64,000 nt of DNA from Streptomyces griseus (GCA_945865365.1 CAMBDL010000006.1:2994-66993); one strand, 5' to 3'; shown: positions 8,454 through 18,497, numbered from the stretch's first letter. The notes: a model not told the origin generated them from the letters alone. Program-made: numbers and translations.

Positions 8454-10202
8454 ATGCAGAAACTAAGAGGCGCCGATATCGTTGCTGAGTCATTAATTCG
8501 TTTGGGTATCGATTATGTCATTGGCGTGCCTGGCCATACAGTTCTGGATCTTCTTGATGCACTTCGACTTCGGCAGGATCGAATCCGAGCGATTATGGTT
8601 CGAAATGAAGAGACTTCTGGTTACATCGCGGATGCCTACTTTAGAATTTCACACAAGCCAATGGTTGTTGTTGCGCATAATAGTGTTGGTGCCGCCAATA
8701 CCCTTACGGGTGTAATGAATGCAATGTTAGATTCATCAGCCATGATTGTTATCACAGGTGATGCGTGGACAAAAACGCAAGGACGTGGAGCTTTCCAGGA
8801 GCTAACCCATTCTCGCGATGCAGGCACCGCAGATATTTTCCGTGGCAGCGTCAAGCGTTCATGGACAGTTAACAAGCCAGAGAAGCTTCTTGAAGTTCTT
8901 CTGAAAGCATATAAAGAGGCGGTCAGTGGACGCCCAGGACCAGTTCATATCGATATTACCCAGGAAGCATTTACACAGTTAGCTGATGTTGATTTCCCTG
9001 ATGACGTGTTTAATTTTGTTCCAAATTCTCGTACTCGTGGCGACGCACAAGCAACTGCACGTGCATTTGAGCTACTTAAATCAGCGAAAAAGCCAGTGAT
9101 TTTGGCTGGTGGAGGAACTAACCGTGGACAAGCAAGCTCTGCTCTCATAGCTTTTGCTGAGTCGATGAATATTCCCGTAGCAACCACATCGATGGGTAAA
9201 AGCTCGATTCCTGATGCCCACTCTCTTTCCTTGGGTGTAAGCGGATGGGTTGGCACAACTGTGGCTAACCATGCGCTTCGAAGCGCCGATGTTATTTTGG
9301 CTTTAGGTACACGATTGTCAGAGACAGACACTGCTGGGTTTACAGATGGCGCTGTTTTATCGATCTCAACTACTAAATTAATTCATGTCGATATTGATCC
9401 CGTAGAGATTGCGCGTTTTTACCCAGTTGCCGAAGGAATTGTTGGCGATGTAGCTGCGGTACTTGAAGACTTACTTGTTCTTGCGCAAGCGTCTGGGGAT
9501 GCAAAGTCTGCCCGAACAGAGTGGTGGGATTCCATCAAGGAGGTTCAAGAGTCGTGGAAAAAAGAGGTCGCTGATTCATTTAATCCAGAATCAGATCCAA
9601 TCGAACCAGGATATTTGACGCAAGAGATTAGAAAGGCACTTCCAAAAGATGGAATTATGATGACCGATGTCGGTAATTCCCAAAAATGGATCATTCAACA
9701 GTTCCCAACCTATGGACCAGATACTTTTGTCACTAGCCTCGGTGGAGCATCAATGGGCTTTGGTCCTTGCGGAGTTGCAGGCGCTCAACTTGCAGCACCA
9801 GATAAACGTGTTGCAATCATTACTGGTGATGGAAGTATGTCGATGAGCTTGCATATCTATCCAACGATTGTTGAACTTGGTTTACCAATTGTCTATATCG
9901 TTGCAAATGACTATGCATGGGCATCAGTTGATGGACCACAAGCACGTCGCTTTGGTCCCAACCAGAGCTTCTTCACTCGTTTCACCCTTCCTAATGGTGA
10001 GCCTTATAAGTTAGATTTTGCTGCAGTAGCAAATGCATGTGGGCTCAAGGCAGAGCGCGTTCTTTCATCTAAGGATCTGCCAGCTGCTCTTGCTCGTGCA
10101 TTTGCCGCGGGAGTTCCTTACCTATTAGACGTAGAAGTTCGTCGTGATACTTATGTTCCAATGACTGCTCGTGGGGCATATCCACTTCCAGAAGTGGAAT
10201 AG
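8454..10202 (+). CDS. ThDP-dependent enzyme, acetolactate-synthase-like fold, substrate unknown
   Basis: IGVPG, RNEE (conserved Glu), SGRPGPVHIDI, GDGSM...ND ThDP motif. Confidence 0.88.
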   Translation: MQKLRGADIVAESLIRLGIDYVIGVPGHTVLDLLDALRLRQDRIRAIMVRNEETSGYIADAYFRISHKPMVVVAHNSVGAANTLTGVMNAMLDSSAMIVITGDAWTKTQGRGAFQELTHSRDAGTADIFRGSVKRSWTVNKPEKLLEVLLKAYKEAVSGRPGPVHIDITQEAFTQLADVDFPDDVFNFVPNSRTRGDAQATARAFELLKSAKKPVILAGGGTNRGQASSALIAFAESMNIPVATTSMGKSSIPDAHSLSLGVSGWVGTTVANHALRSADVILALGTRLSETDTAGFTDGAVLSISTTKLIHVDIDPVEIARFYPVAEGIVGDVAAVLEDLLVLAQASGDAKSARTEWWDSIKEVQESWKKEVADSFNPESDPIEPGYLTQEIRKALPKDGIMMTDVGNSQKWIIQQFPTYGPDTFVTSLGGASMGFGPCGVAGAQLAAPDKRVAIITGDGSMSMSLHIYPTIVELGLPIVYIVANDYAWASVDGPQARRFGPNQSFFTRFTLPNGEPYKLDFAAVANACGLKAERVLSSKDLPAALARAFAAGVPYLLDVEVRRDTYVPMTARGAYPLPEVE

Positions 10203-10204
10203 AT

Positions 10205-11668
10205 ATGAAAACTCTAGTTTCACAGCGTGGTATTTGGATAAATGGCCAAGAGCGGCCGGGTGCCAGTGGTAAAACACTCGATGTCGTAAACCCATTTAAT
10301 GGGCTTACGCTTGCAACATTTTCAATGGCTTCTGGCAAAGATGCTGATGATGCAATTGCATCGGCTTCTGCGACATTTAAGAATGTTATGCGCACTATGC
10401 CCGCCTATGAGCGAGCCCAAATTCTACGTCGTGCAGCTGCGGAGATTAGAGATGGTGCGAAAGAGTTAATAGAGATAGTTGTCGGTGAAGCTGGCAAGCC
10501 AATTCGAGATGCAACACGTGAGATTGGTCGTGCATCAACGTTGCTAGAGCTTGCAGCTGATTACACGATGGTTCAACAAGGACAAGTGATTCCTATGGAC
10601 ATCGTTGAAAGTGGAGTCAATCGAACTGGAATTGCAAACCGCGTTCCTGTTGGCGTCATTGTTGCAATTGCTCCCTCTAACTCGCCAGTTAACTTAACCA
10701 TTAACAAAATTGGCCCAGCCTTTGCAGCTGGAAATACTGTAGTTCTCAAACCATCAGATCAAACTCCAATATCTGCCCTGTGGTTAGCTGCAGCATTTAA
10801 GCGAGCCGGACTTCCCGATGGTGCTTTCAATGTGATTATCGGTGAAGTGGAAGAGGCAATTGAGCCATTAGTGCGCGACCAAAGAGTTCGAATGATCAGC
10901 ATTACAGGTGGCGTTCCAGCAGGTTTGGCAGTGATAAAAGCTGCTGGAATTAAGAAAGTTGTACTGGAGTTAGGTTCAAGTGCAGCTAACGTAGTTCGGG
11001 CAGATGCCGATGTTGCGGCAGCGGCTAAAAGTCTTGCTACATCTGCTTATTTATCCTCAGGCCAAGCATGCATATCGGCTCAGAGAATATTTGTGCACAC
11101 TTCTATTGAGAAAGAGTTCACCAAACTATTTATTGAGGCAACCGAGGCGATGAAAATCGGCGATCCAATGGATCCGGCAGTTGAAATAGGGCCCATGGTT
11201 TCGCAAACTCAAGTACAGCGAGTACTCGGGTGGATTGAAGAAGCTGTTGCTGCCGGTGCGAAAGTGCTGACTGGTGGGGTAGCAGTTGCCAGAACTATTA
11301 AGCCAACCTTGTTGTCGAACGTTCCAGAGAACGTCACGATTTCTAGCAGTGAGGTTTTCTCACCTATAGCAGTATTGCAAACTTTTACCGAAGATGACGA
11401 TGTCATTGAGCGCGTTAATTCATCTGTCTTTGGCTTACAAGCTGGAGTCTTTACTAATGACCTGAGAGCAGCTTTCCGCTTTGGGCGAGATATCGATGCG
11501 GGAGCTATTTGGATCAACGATTCATCTAGATATCGCCAGGATAATTATCCATTCGGTGGAATGAAGATGAGTGGCGTTGGACGCGAAGGCGTTCAGTATG
11601 CAATTGAAGAGATGACCGAATGGAAGTTTCTTGGATTTAAGCTCGGACCTTCTGCCGGAATTCTTTAA
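10205..11668 (+). CDS. NAD(P)-dependent aldehyde dehydrogenase (LactADH/PhnY/SafD-like branch)
   Basis: VVLKPSDQTP, LELGS, GQACIS catalytic Cys, PFGGMKMSGVGREG. Confidence 0.92.
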   Translation: MKTLVSQRGIWINGQERPGASGKTLDVVNPFNGLTLATFSMASGKDADDAIASASATFKNVMRTMPAYERAQILRRAAAEIRDGAKELIEIVVGEAGKPIRDATREIGRASTLLELAADYTMVQQGQVIPMDIVESGVNRTGIANRVPVGVIVAIAPSNSPVNLTINKIGPAFAAGNTVVLKPSDQTPISALWLAAAFKRAGLPDGAFNVIIGEVEEAIEPLVRDQRVRMISITGGVPAGLAVIKAAGIKKVVLELGSSAANVVRADADVAAAAKSLATSAYLSSGQACISAQRIFVHTSIEKEFTKLFIEATEAMKIGDPMDPAVEIGPMVSQTQVQRVLGWIEEAVAAGAKVLTGGVAVARTIKPTLLSNVPENVTISSSEVFSPIAVLQTFTEDDDVIERVNSSVFGLQAGVFTNDLRAAFRFGRDIDAGAIWINDSSRYRQDNYPFGGMKMSGVGREGVQYAIEEMTEWKFLGFKLGPSAGIL

Positions 11669-11704
11669 GAGCCCTACGTCATTACTAGATAGATTGGATG
11701 AGAT

Positions 11705-12061
11705 ATGAGCGTCGTTGATAGCAGGGGCTTACCGTGGAATGAACCGCCCGGACACTTTGGTGGTTTTTCAAAGTATCTTGTTAATGATGAAAATGAGGGC
11801 AGCAAGTACTTTGATTTCAGAATCTCTCGTTATCCAATCAAGGGACTGGTAGAGCAGCACACGCATGAGATTGCCGAGCAGATTTTTTATTTTATCTCTG
11901 GCACCGGCACAGTCTGGTATGGGGATGAAAAAACAATCGTTGGCCCTGGATTTACAATGTTTGTGCCACCTAAAATCAATCATGGCGTTGAAAATACTGG
12001 TGATGACGATTTGGTTTTTATTGTTGCAACCTCGCCACCGAATGATGTTCCGAGAAACTAA
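11705..12061 (+). CDS. Cupin_2 domain protein
   Basis: HTHEIAEQIFYFISGTG...FVPPKINHGVEN metal-binding cupin motifs. Confidence 0.88.
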   Translation: MSVVDSRGLPWNEPPGHFGGFSKYLVNDENEGSKYFDFRISRYPIKGLVEQHTHEIAEQIFYFISGTGTVWYGDEKTIVGPGFTMFVPPKINHGVENTGDDDLVFIVATSPPNDVPRN

Positions 12062-12066
12062 TCATC

Positions 12067-13563
12067 ATGCAATATGACGTCATAGTTGTTGGTGCTGGAA
12101 ATGCCGCGCTGTGTGCAGCGTTAATGGCGCAAGAAAATGGTGCAAAGGTTTTGATTCTTGAAAGTGCCCCCGCCTCTGCACGCGGTGGAAACTCATTTTT
12201 CTCTGGAGGGTGGATGAGATTTACTCACAACGGGGCAGATGATTTAGGTAGTTCATTTCCAGAGTTAGCATTGGCCGGTAAAGAGGATTTTGATGTACTG
12301 AGATATCCCGAGAATGAGTTTTTCGACGATATGTCCTCTATAACTGAGTATCGGGGTGATCCAGAGCTCACTTCTCTTGTTGTAAAAGAATCGCGAAAGG
12401 CCATGGAGTGGCTGCACTCTAAAGGAATTCGATTAGTTTTTACTTTTAGTAAGCAAGGTTTAAAGCACAATAAGCGTTTCCAAGTAGGTGGCGGTTCAAT
12501 TGCTGTTAGTGGCGGTGGAGCTGGACTTGTAGAAAAACTCTTTGAAAATGTAGAAAAAGCTGGTATAGAGATTAGCTACCAGACTAGAGCCATTGAACTT
12601 TTAGGCGTTCCCGGACAGCGGGTAACTGGTGTTAAAGTTAGAAATTCTGCCGGTGAAATAGTTGAAATAAGTTCACAATCAGTTGTACTCGCAAGCGGTG
12701 GTTTTGGTGCAAGTACAGAAAAACGCAGTAGATATCTTGGTCCAGGGTGGGATTTAGCGAAATTAAGAGGCAGCGATTTTAATCTTGGCGACGGCATTGA
12801 TATGGCACTTGCCTTCGGTGCTAAATCAGCCGGCCATTGGAGCGGCAGCCATGCCGTTGCATGGGATGCAAGTGCACCGACAAGCGGTGATAGAAATAGA
12901 GGCAATGAGTTTTCAAGAAACTCTTACACCATGGGAATTATGGTGAATAAGAATGCCGAACGTTTCCTAGATGAGGGCGTTGATTACTCGGCCATCACCT
13001 ATGGAAAAATTGGCACCGAGATTATGCGCCAACCTGACTCGATGGCATTTCAGATCTTTGATTCTAAAGTTCTAGAGATTCTCGATCCTAACTACAACGG
13101 TCGACAAGTATCTAAGATAACTGCCCAAACTGTTGAAGAGCTAGCAAAGAAATTAGATCTAGATCCCATTATCCTGGCTCGAACAATTGCGAATTTCAAT
13201 GTATCTGTCGATGAATCAAAAACCTTTGATCCAAATTGCAAAGATGGAAAGTCAACTATTGGCTTGATACCTAAGAAATCTAACTGGGCTAATAGAATTG
13301 ATGCAGCACCCTATGTAGCGTTCCCAGTGACCACCGGATTAACTTTTACTTTTGGTGGCGTACACGCGGATGAAAAAGCACGGATTATCGACACTCAAAA
13401 TCGCCCTATTGAAGGCTTATTCGGTGCTGGCGAGCTAGTCGGAGGAATTTTCTACTATTCATCACCATCTGGGGCTGGCCTCACAGCGGGCACAGTTTTA
13501 GGGCGTACGGCAGGTCGTGAGGCTGCACGTGCACTAAGCAAAAATTCCCCGCTTTTAAAATAG
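12067..13563 (+). CDS. tcuA: FAD-dependent tricarballylate dehydrogenase TcuA/CobZ-like flavoprotein
   Basis: YDVIVVGAGNAALCAA, RGGNS, GIMVNKNAERFLDEG, TFTFGG, GLFGAGELVGG. Confidence 0.82.
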   Translation: MQYDVIVVGAGNAALCAALMAQENGAKVLILESAPASARGGNSFFSGGWMRFTHNGADDLGSSFPELALAGKEDFDVLRYPENEFFDDMSSITEYRGDPELTSLVVKESRKAMEWLHSKGIRLVFTFSKQGLKHNKRFQVGGGSIAVSGGGAGLVEKLFENVEKAGIEISYQTRAIELLGVPGQRVTGVKVRNSAGEIVEISSQSVVLASGGFGASTEKRSRYLGPGWDLAKLRGSDFNLGDGIDMALAFGAKSAGHWSGSHAVAWDASAPTSGDRNRGNEFSRNSYTMGIMVNKNAERFLDEGVDYSAITYGKIGTEIMRQPDSMAFQIFDSKVLEILDPNYNGRQVSKITAQTVEELAKKLDLDPIILARTIANFNVSVDESKTFDPNCKDGKSTIGLIPKKSNWANRIDAAPYVAFPVTTGLTFTFGGVHADEKARIIDTQNRPIEGLFGAGELVGGIFYYSSPSGAGLTAGTVLGRTAGREAARALSKNSPLLK

Positions 13564-13565
13564 GG

Positions 13566-14774
13566 TTGATGAAACTTCAAAAACCTATCTGGCCGTATGC
13601 ATTATTAGCACATGCACTTTTTCTGCAACTAGGAACATTTGTTGTACGCCCTGCGGCGACTTATCGGGCCATTGAATTAGGAGTTAATCCAGGTGTTATA
13701 GGCTTGATTGCATCGAGCTTTGCATTCTTACCACTCTTTGCTGCAGTATTAATAGGACGAGCATCTGATCGAGGTAAAAACTCGGCAATTCTATTAGTTG
13801 GTTCAGTTATTTTGATTTTCACTGGAGTGGGTTTTATTTTTTACGCATACTCGATCTTCTCTCTCATAATTCTTAATTTGTTACTTGGGTTGGGTCATCT
13901 AATGAGTGTTATTGGACAACAAAGTAAAGTTGCTCAAGGCGAGCGTGCAACTCTTGATTCAGCTTTTGGTCTCTACACATTCGCAGGATCTTTGGGGCAA
14001 ACACTTGGTCCAGCGTCGATAATCCTTTTTGGTGGACGTTCAATCATTCCTAACACTAAAGATCTTTTCATTTTTTATCTCATGGCCTCAATCATTTTAT
14101 TTGTAATAACATTACAACTGATTCGAAATTCCGCATCTAACGCTAGTGAGGTACTTGAAGGGAAAAAGGTAAGTCTCTTTTCTTCCTATCAACAAATTGA
14201 ACCAGGGGCTAAAAAAGGAGTATCTGGTGCGCTATTGATTAGCTTAGTTGTCATAGGTTCGGTAGACGTTCTATCGATTTATCTTCCAGTTCTGGGGCTC
14301 GATAGAAAGATTCCTGCCGCCACGATTGGCGTTTTACTCAGCGTACGTTCAATAGCTACTGTTTTGTCGAGATTCTATTTGGGACCACTTTCATTGAAGT
14401 ATGGTCGAAATCGCTTATTGATTACCTCAGTGGCAACATCTGCACTATTTATGGGTTCATTAGTATTTGCTCTGCCACTGTGGATCACAGGAGTTTTACT
14501 ATTTTGCTTAGGGTTTGCTTTGGGAATAGGCCAACCACTCACGATGACAATAATTACTCTTGCCGTTCCTTCACATTCACGTGGAACCTGGTTAGCGCTG
14601 CGACTGACTGCGAATCGAGTAGGACAGAGTGTTTTACCAGCTTCGATCGGATTGTGCAGCGCTATTGCCGGTGTCACCGGAGTCTTTACTGCGAATGCAC
14701 TTGTATTGGGCGCGACCGCTCTAACCTCAGGATATTTGATGCCTAGACGTGATGAGCAAAGCGATATTGAATAA
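13566..14774 (+). CDS. MFS transporter
   Basis: About 12 TM segments, GRASDRG motif A; last gene of the operon; ATG at 13569 is an alternative start. Confidence 0.88.
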   Translation: MMKLQKPIWPYALLAHALFLQLGTFVVRPAATYRAIELGVNPGVIGLIASSFAFLPLFAAVLIGRASDRGKNSAILLVGSVILIFTGVGFIFYAYSIFSLIILNLLLGLGHLMSVIGQQSKVAQGERATLDSAFGLYTFAGSLGQTLGPASIILFGGRSIIPNTKDLFIFYLMASIILFVITLQLIRNSASNASEVLEGKKVSLFSSYQQIEPGAKKGVSGALLISLVVIGSVDVLSIYLPVLGLDRKIPAATIGVLLSVRSIATVLSRFYLGPLSLKYGRNRLLITSVATSALFMGSLVFALPLWITGVLLFCLGFALGIGQPLTMTIITLAVPSHSRGTWLALRLTANRVGQSVLPASIGLCSAIAGVTGVFTANALVLGATALTSGYLMPRRDEQSDIE

Positions 14775-14821
14775 GCCTTCCTCTGTTTTAGTTTTCTGAG
14801 TGTGTAGTGCATTATTTACAC

Positions 14822-15325
14822 ATGAATGTGCAGGTCTCACTCCTTTATCCTGATGAATGGATGCGTGTAAGGAATTTACGATTGCGCTCTTTACGCGAAA
14901 GCCCAGATGCTTTTGGTGGCAACGTAGAGGCTGAGAACGCATTTACCGAGTTTGAATGGCGCGATAAATTTTCACAGTTAGATTTTTTAGTTGCCTCTAT
15001 TAATTCAGACGACATCGCCATCATGTCAGTAGAGGTTTTAGATGGAGATCACGGTGCAACATGTTGGATTGGTGGATGTTGGAGTGATCCGCATTTTCGA
15101 GGCCAGGGCGCATTCAGCGCATTATTTAGATTTCTCGATTCCCTTTGTGAATCTAAGGGTTGGCAGCGCCAGGGATTAGGAGTTTGGACAGATAATTTCT
15201 CTGCAATCGCAGCATATAAAGCACTTGGCTTTATTGAAGTGGGGGAGAGGCAAGAGAGTGAGCGACGACCAGGTCGCTTCTATATCCATCTGATCAGAGA
15301 TTCAAAAGCACCATCGTTAGATTAA
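14822..15325 (+). CDS. GNAT N-acetyltransferase
   Basis: SDPHFRGQG acetyl-CoA loop and NFSAIAAYKALGF; start moved to ATG 14822. Confidence 0.85.
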   Translation: MNVQVSLLYPDEWMRVRNLRLRSLRESPDAFGGNVEAENAFTEFEWRDKFSQLDFLVASINSDDIAIMSVEVLDGDHGATCWIGGCWSDPHFRGQGAFSALFRFLDSLCESKGWQRQGLGVWTDNFSAIAAYKALGFIEVGERQESERRPGRFYIHLIRDSKAPSLD

Positions 15326-15343
15326 TAATGATATTTTGACCCA

Positions 15344-17155
15344 ATGACTAAGCTCTTACTAGAACCTCACCACGATGGCAGCGAAATATATGTCTCTAAT
15401 AGCTCTCCACGTTTAGGGGAAAAAGTAACCTTTAAAGTCCGAATTCCCAATTCTTATACGTTCAATCAAGCGGTGATGCGTTTTTACCATGATGGCGAGC
15501 CACGCACCACACATCTGAAATTAACTATGAAAAATAAGCATGAATCATGGTGGCAGGCGAGCATTGCAATTATTAATCCGAATACCCGTTACCGTTTTCT
15601 TTTTGCTGGAGATAATAAATTTGATTGGCTCAATGCCGTAGGTTTGCAACACCACGATGTGCACTCTAATAGTGATTTTCAAATAATTGCAGAAAAACCT
15701 GCACCTACGTGGCTTAAGAACTCGGTTTTTTATCAGATTTTTCCAGATCGTTTTGCTTCTACTTCCACCAAGAAGCTACCCGAGTGGGGACACGCCCAAC
15801 CCTGGGATTCTTTTAATAAAAGTAAAAAGAAATGGAGTGGCCAAGAACTTGCAGGCGGAGATCTGAAAGGCGTTGAAGAGCATCTGGATTACATTAAAGA
15901 TTTAGGAATTAACGGAGTCTATTTCACTCCTTTTTTCCCTTCTCAATCTAACCACCGCTATGACGCAACAGATTTTTCTACCGTTGATCCACTCCTTGGT
16001 GGTAATGATGCGTGGTTTAGCCTGCGCAAGGCCAGCGATAAAGCCGGAATCCGCTTGGTGGGGGATTTAACATCTAATCACTGCGGTATGGGCCATCACT
16101 GGTTGCACAAAGCTAAGAAGGATAAGAAAAGTAAAGAGCATGGCTATTTTTATTGGGATAAGAGTTTTAAGTGGGGATACGTTGGTTGGTGGGGACTTGA
16201 ATCACTTCCTAAGTTAAATTTTGCCTCTAAAGCTTTACGTAAAGAGATGTATGAAGCAAAGAATTCCGTAGTTCAACAATGGCTCTCACCTAAATTTGGC
16301 ATGTCTGGCTGGCGAATCGATGTCGGAAATATGACTGGAAAGTTGGGCGATATAGATATTCACGATGAAGTCATGCATGGAATTCGACAAACTATGGATT
16401 CAGTCGCACCAGATGCATGGCTTGTAGCTGAGAATGGTGATTTTGTTGCAGAAGATCTAGCCGGGCGCGGTTGGCATGGAACCATGAACTACCAAGGCTT
16501 TATGCGTCCGTTGGCATCGTGGATGAATAAAAATGCGAATTTAGGTGGCGGTTTTCAAGGCCTACCTATTGATTCACCGAAGATCACCAGCAAGGCATTA
16601 GTCAATACGATAAAGAATTTCAATGGTTCGATTCCTTGGCAAGCACTAACTGCTTCCATGGTCCTTTTAGATTCACATGACACTCCACGTTTTAGGACGA
16701 TAGTGGGTAGAGATCGCGCACGTCATTTATCTGCGATGACTATGTTGCTAACCTATCCTGGCGTACCGTCGATTTTTATGGGTGATGAGATTGGTCTTGA
16801 AGGAAATAACGGCGATGACACTCGCAAAACAATGACGTGGGATGACAAGAAAGACTGGGATTTAGAGTTTCTCGCTGAAATTAAAGAACTCACGCATCTT
16901 CGTAGAACGGAGGATGCTTTTATTAATGGTGGATTGCGTTGGGTTGCTGCGGAAAATGGATACATCGCCTACTTGCGGGAATCAAAGAAGAGCAGTGTTT
17001 TGGTACTCATTTCGACGTCAGCCTGCACAGTAGACCTGGATATCTCGACGCTGGGATACAAGGTCGCAAAGACTCTGCATGGCTATAAGGTCACTGGCTC
17101 AAAGATTAAGTTCTCGAGCAGTAAGGCGACTCATGGAGTTTGGAAACTTGCATAG
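15344..17155 (+). CDS. GH13 alpha-glucosidase/maltodextrin glucosidase (neopullulanase-like)
   Basis: FYQIFPDRF, NHRYD, WRIDVG nucleophile, VAENG acid/base, SHDT. Confidence 0.92.
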   Translation: MTKLLLEPHHDGSEIYVSNSSPRLGEKVTFKVRIPNSYTFNQAVMRFYHDGEPRTTHLKLTMKNKHESWWQASIAIINPNTRYRFLFAGDNKFDWLNAVGLQHHDVHSNSDFQIIAEKPAPTWLKNSVFYQIFPDRFASTSTKKLPEWGHAQPWDSFNKSKKKWSGQELAGGDLKGVEEHLDYIKDLGINGVYFTPFFPSQSNHRYDATDFSTVDPLLGGNDAWFSLRKASDKAGIRLVGDLTSNHCGMGHHWLHKAKKDKKSKEHGYFYWDKSFKWGYVGWWGLESLPKLNFASKALRKEMYEAKNSVVQQWLSPKFGMSGWRIDVGNMTGKLGDIDIHDEVMHGIRQTMDSVAPDAWLVAENGDFVAEDLAGRGWHGTMNYQGFMRPLASWMNKNANLGGGFQGLPIDSPKITSKALVNTIKNFNGSIPWQALTASMVLLDSHDTPRFRTIVGRDRARHLSAMTMLLTYPGVPSIFMGDEIGLEGNNGDDTRKTMTWDDKKDWDLEFLAEIKELTHLRRTEDAFINGGLRWVAAENGYIAYLRESKKSSVLVLISTSACTVDLDISTLGYKVAKTLHGYKVTGSKIKFSSSKATHGVWKLA

Positions 17156-17198
17156 CCAGCTCGGCCTTTGCCGAAGCGCACAGTTGTAGAATCCTCGC

Positions 17199-17651
17199 AT
17201 GAGTAATGAATTACTACAGACATATCGCAAAAATATTGATGGTTTTCTAGCCCGAGCCAAAGAGTTCAATGATGCGTCTGCCAATCAGATTCATTCCGCG
17301 GGCGAATGGTCGCCAGCCTATGTAATTCACCATGTTGCCGACGGTGAGATGCACTTTGCGATTCGATATTTTAATTCGCTTACGATAGATAGTCCTCAGA
17401 TTATTAATTTCAATGAAGATCTCTATCCAGCGGTCCTGAATTATCAAGGGCGAGACTGGCGTAATTCACTGGCGCTTATTGAAAGTATCGCTAATTTAGT
17501 CGTTGCTGCACTAGCTGGGATTTCAACGCAACAATGGGCTTCTAAGTCGATTCACCCAGAGCTAGGTGAGGTCACATTAGAGCTGTTAATTTCTAAAGCA
17601 TGCTCACACACTTTGGCACATACTCAGCAGTTATTAGATAGTGAAATCTGA
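17199..17651 (+). CDS. DinB family protein
   Basis: WSPAYVIHHVADGE and C-terminal HTLAHTQQL His motifs. Confidence 0.8.
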   Translation: MSNELLQTYRKNIDGFLARAKEFNDASANQIHSAGEWSPAYVIHHVADGEMHFAIRYFNSLTIDSPQIINFNEDLYPAVLNYQGRDWRNSLALIESIANLVVAALAGISTQQWASKSIHPELGEVTLELLISKACSHTLAHTQQLLDSEI

Positions 17652-17652
17652 C

Positions 17653-18489
17653 ATGTTTGAATCAATTTTTTTAGGAATCATTCAAGGCTTAACCGAATTC
17701 TTACCCATCTCATCGAGCGCGCATCAAAGAATTGCAGGTGAGTTTTTCTCTCATGCTCAGGACCCTGGTGCTCGCTTTACTGCGATTACCCAGGTAGGTA
17801 CTGAACTAGCTGTACTCATCTTTTTTAGACATGACATCAAGCGGATTCTTGTAGCGTGGATTAATCAAAATATACGCCGTCAGAGTTTAACTCCCGAAGA
17901 AAAACAAGAAGCACGAATAGGTTGGCTGATAGTCATTGGCAGCATTCCTATCGTGATTTTGGGTTATCTCGGTAAGTCATTGATTGAAAATGATCTTCGC
18001 TCTTTGTGGCTAATTGCCTCAGTGATGATTATTTTTGGTTTGATTCTTGGCTGGGCAGATCACTATGGAAAGAAGATTCGCACTCTAGAAGATTTGAATC
18101 TTTCCCATGGCTTTATGTATGGCTTAGCTCAGTCCCTAGCCTTAGTTCCAGGCGTATCTAGATCTGGCGCAACCATTGCTATGGGTCGTCTACTTGGCTA
18201 CACACGGGAAGCGGCACTGCGTTACTCATTCTTGTTAGCTTTGCCAGCGGTTTTTGGTAGCGGCCTGTATGAACTCAAAGGTGCGCTAGAAGACAAGTCC
18301 GGAGTTCAAATGTTTTCACTCTCAGAAACATTTATTGCAACGGCCATCGCTTTTGTGGTGGGTTACGCCGTGATTGCATGGCTACTTAAATTTGTTCAAA
18401 CAAAGAGCTTTTTACCATTCATCCTTTATCGCGTATTTCTTGGAAGCATTCTTCTTATCTTGCTATCTCAGGGAGTAATTAACCCGTAG
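17653..18489 (+). CDS. uppP: Undecaprenyl-diphosphate phosphatase
   Basis: GIIQGLTEFLPISSSAH and PGVSRSGATI motifs. Confidence 0.95.
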   Translation: MFESIFLGIIQGLTEFLPISSSAHQRIAGEFFSHAQDPGARFTAITQVGTELAVLIFFRHDIKRILVAWINQNIRRQSLTPEEKQEARIGWLIVIGSIPIVILGYLGKSLIENDLRSLWLIASVMIIFGLILGWADHYGKKIRTLEDLNLSHGFMYGLAQSLALVPGVSRSGATIAMGRLLGYTREAALRYSFLLALPAVFGSGLYELKGALEDKSGVQMFSLSETFIATAIAFVVGYAVIAWLLKFVQTKSFLPFILYRVFLGSILLILLSQGVINP

Positions 18490-18497
18490 TAATTGGG

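Noticed and set aside
8454-11668. Xsc/SafD sulfonate pathway, IolD, Gcl or IlvB assignment
   Set aside because: The N-terminal motifs do not match these enzymes as I recall them, and there are no pta, tau, iol or ilvN/ilvC genes nearby
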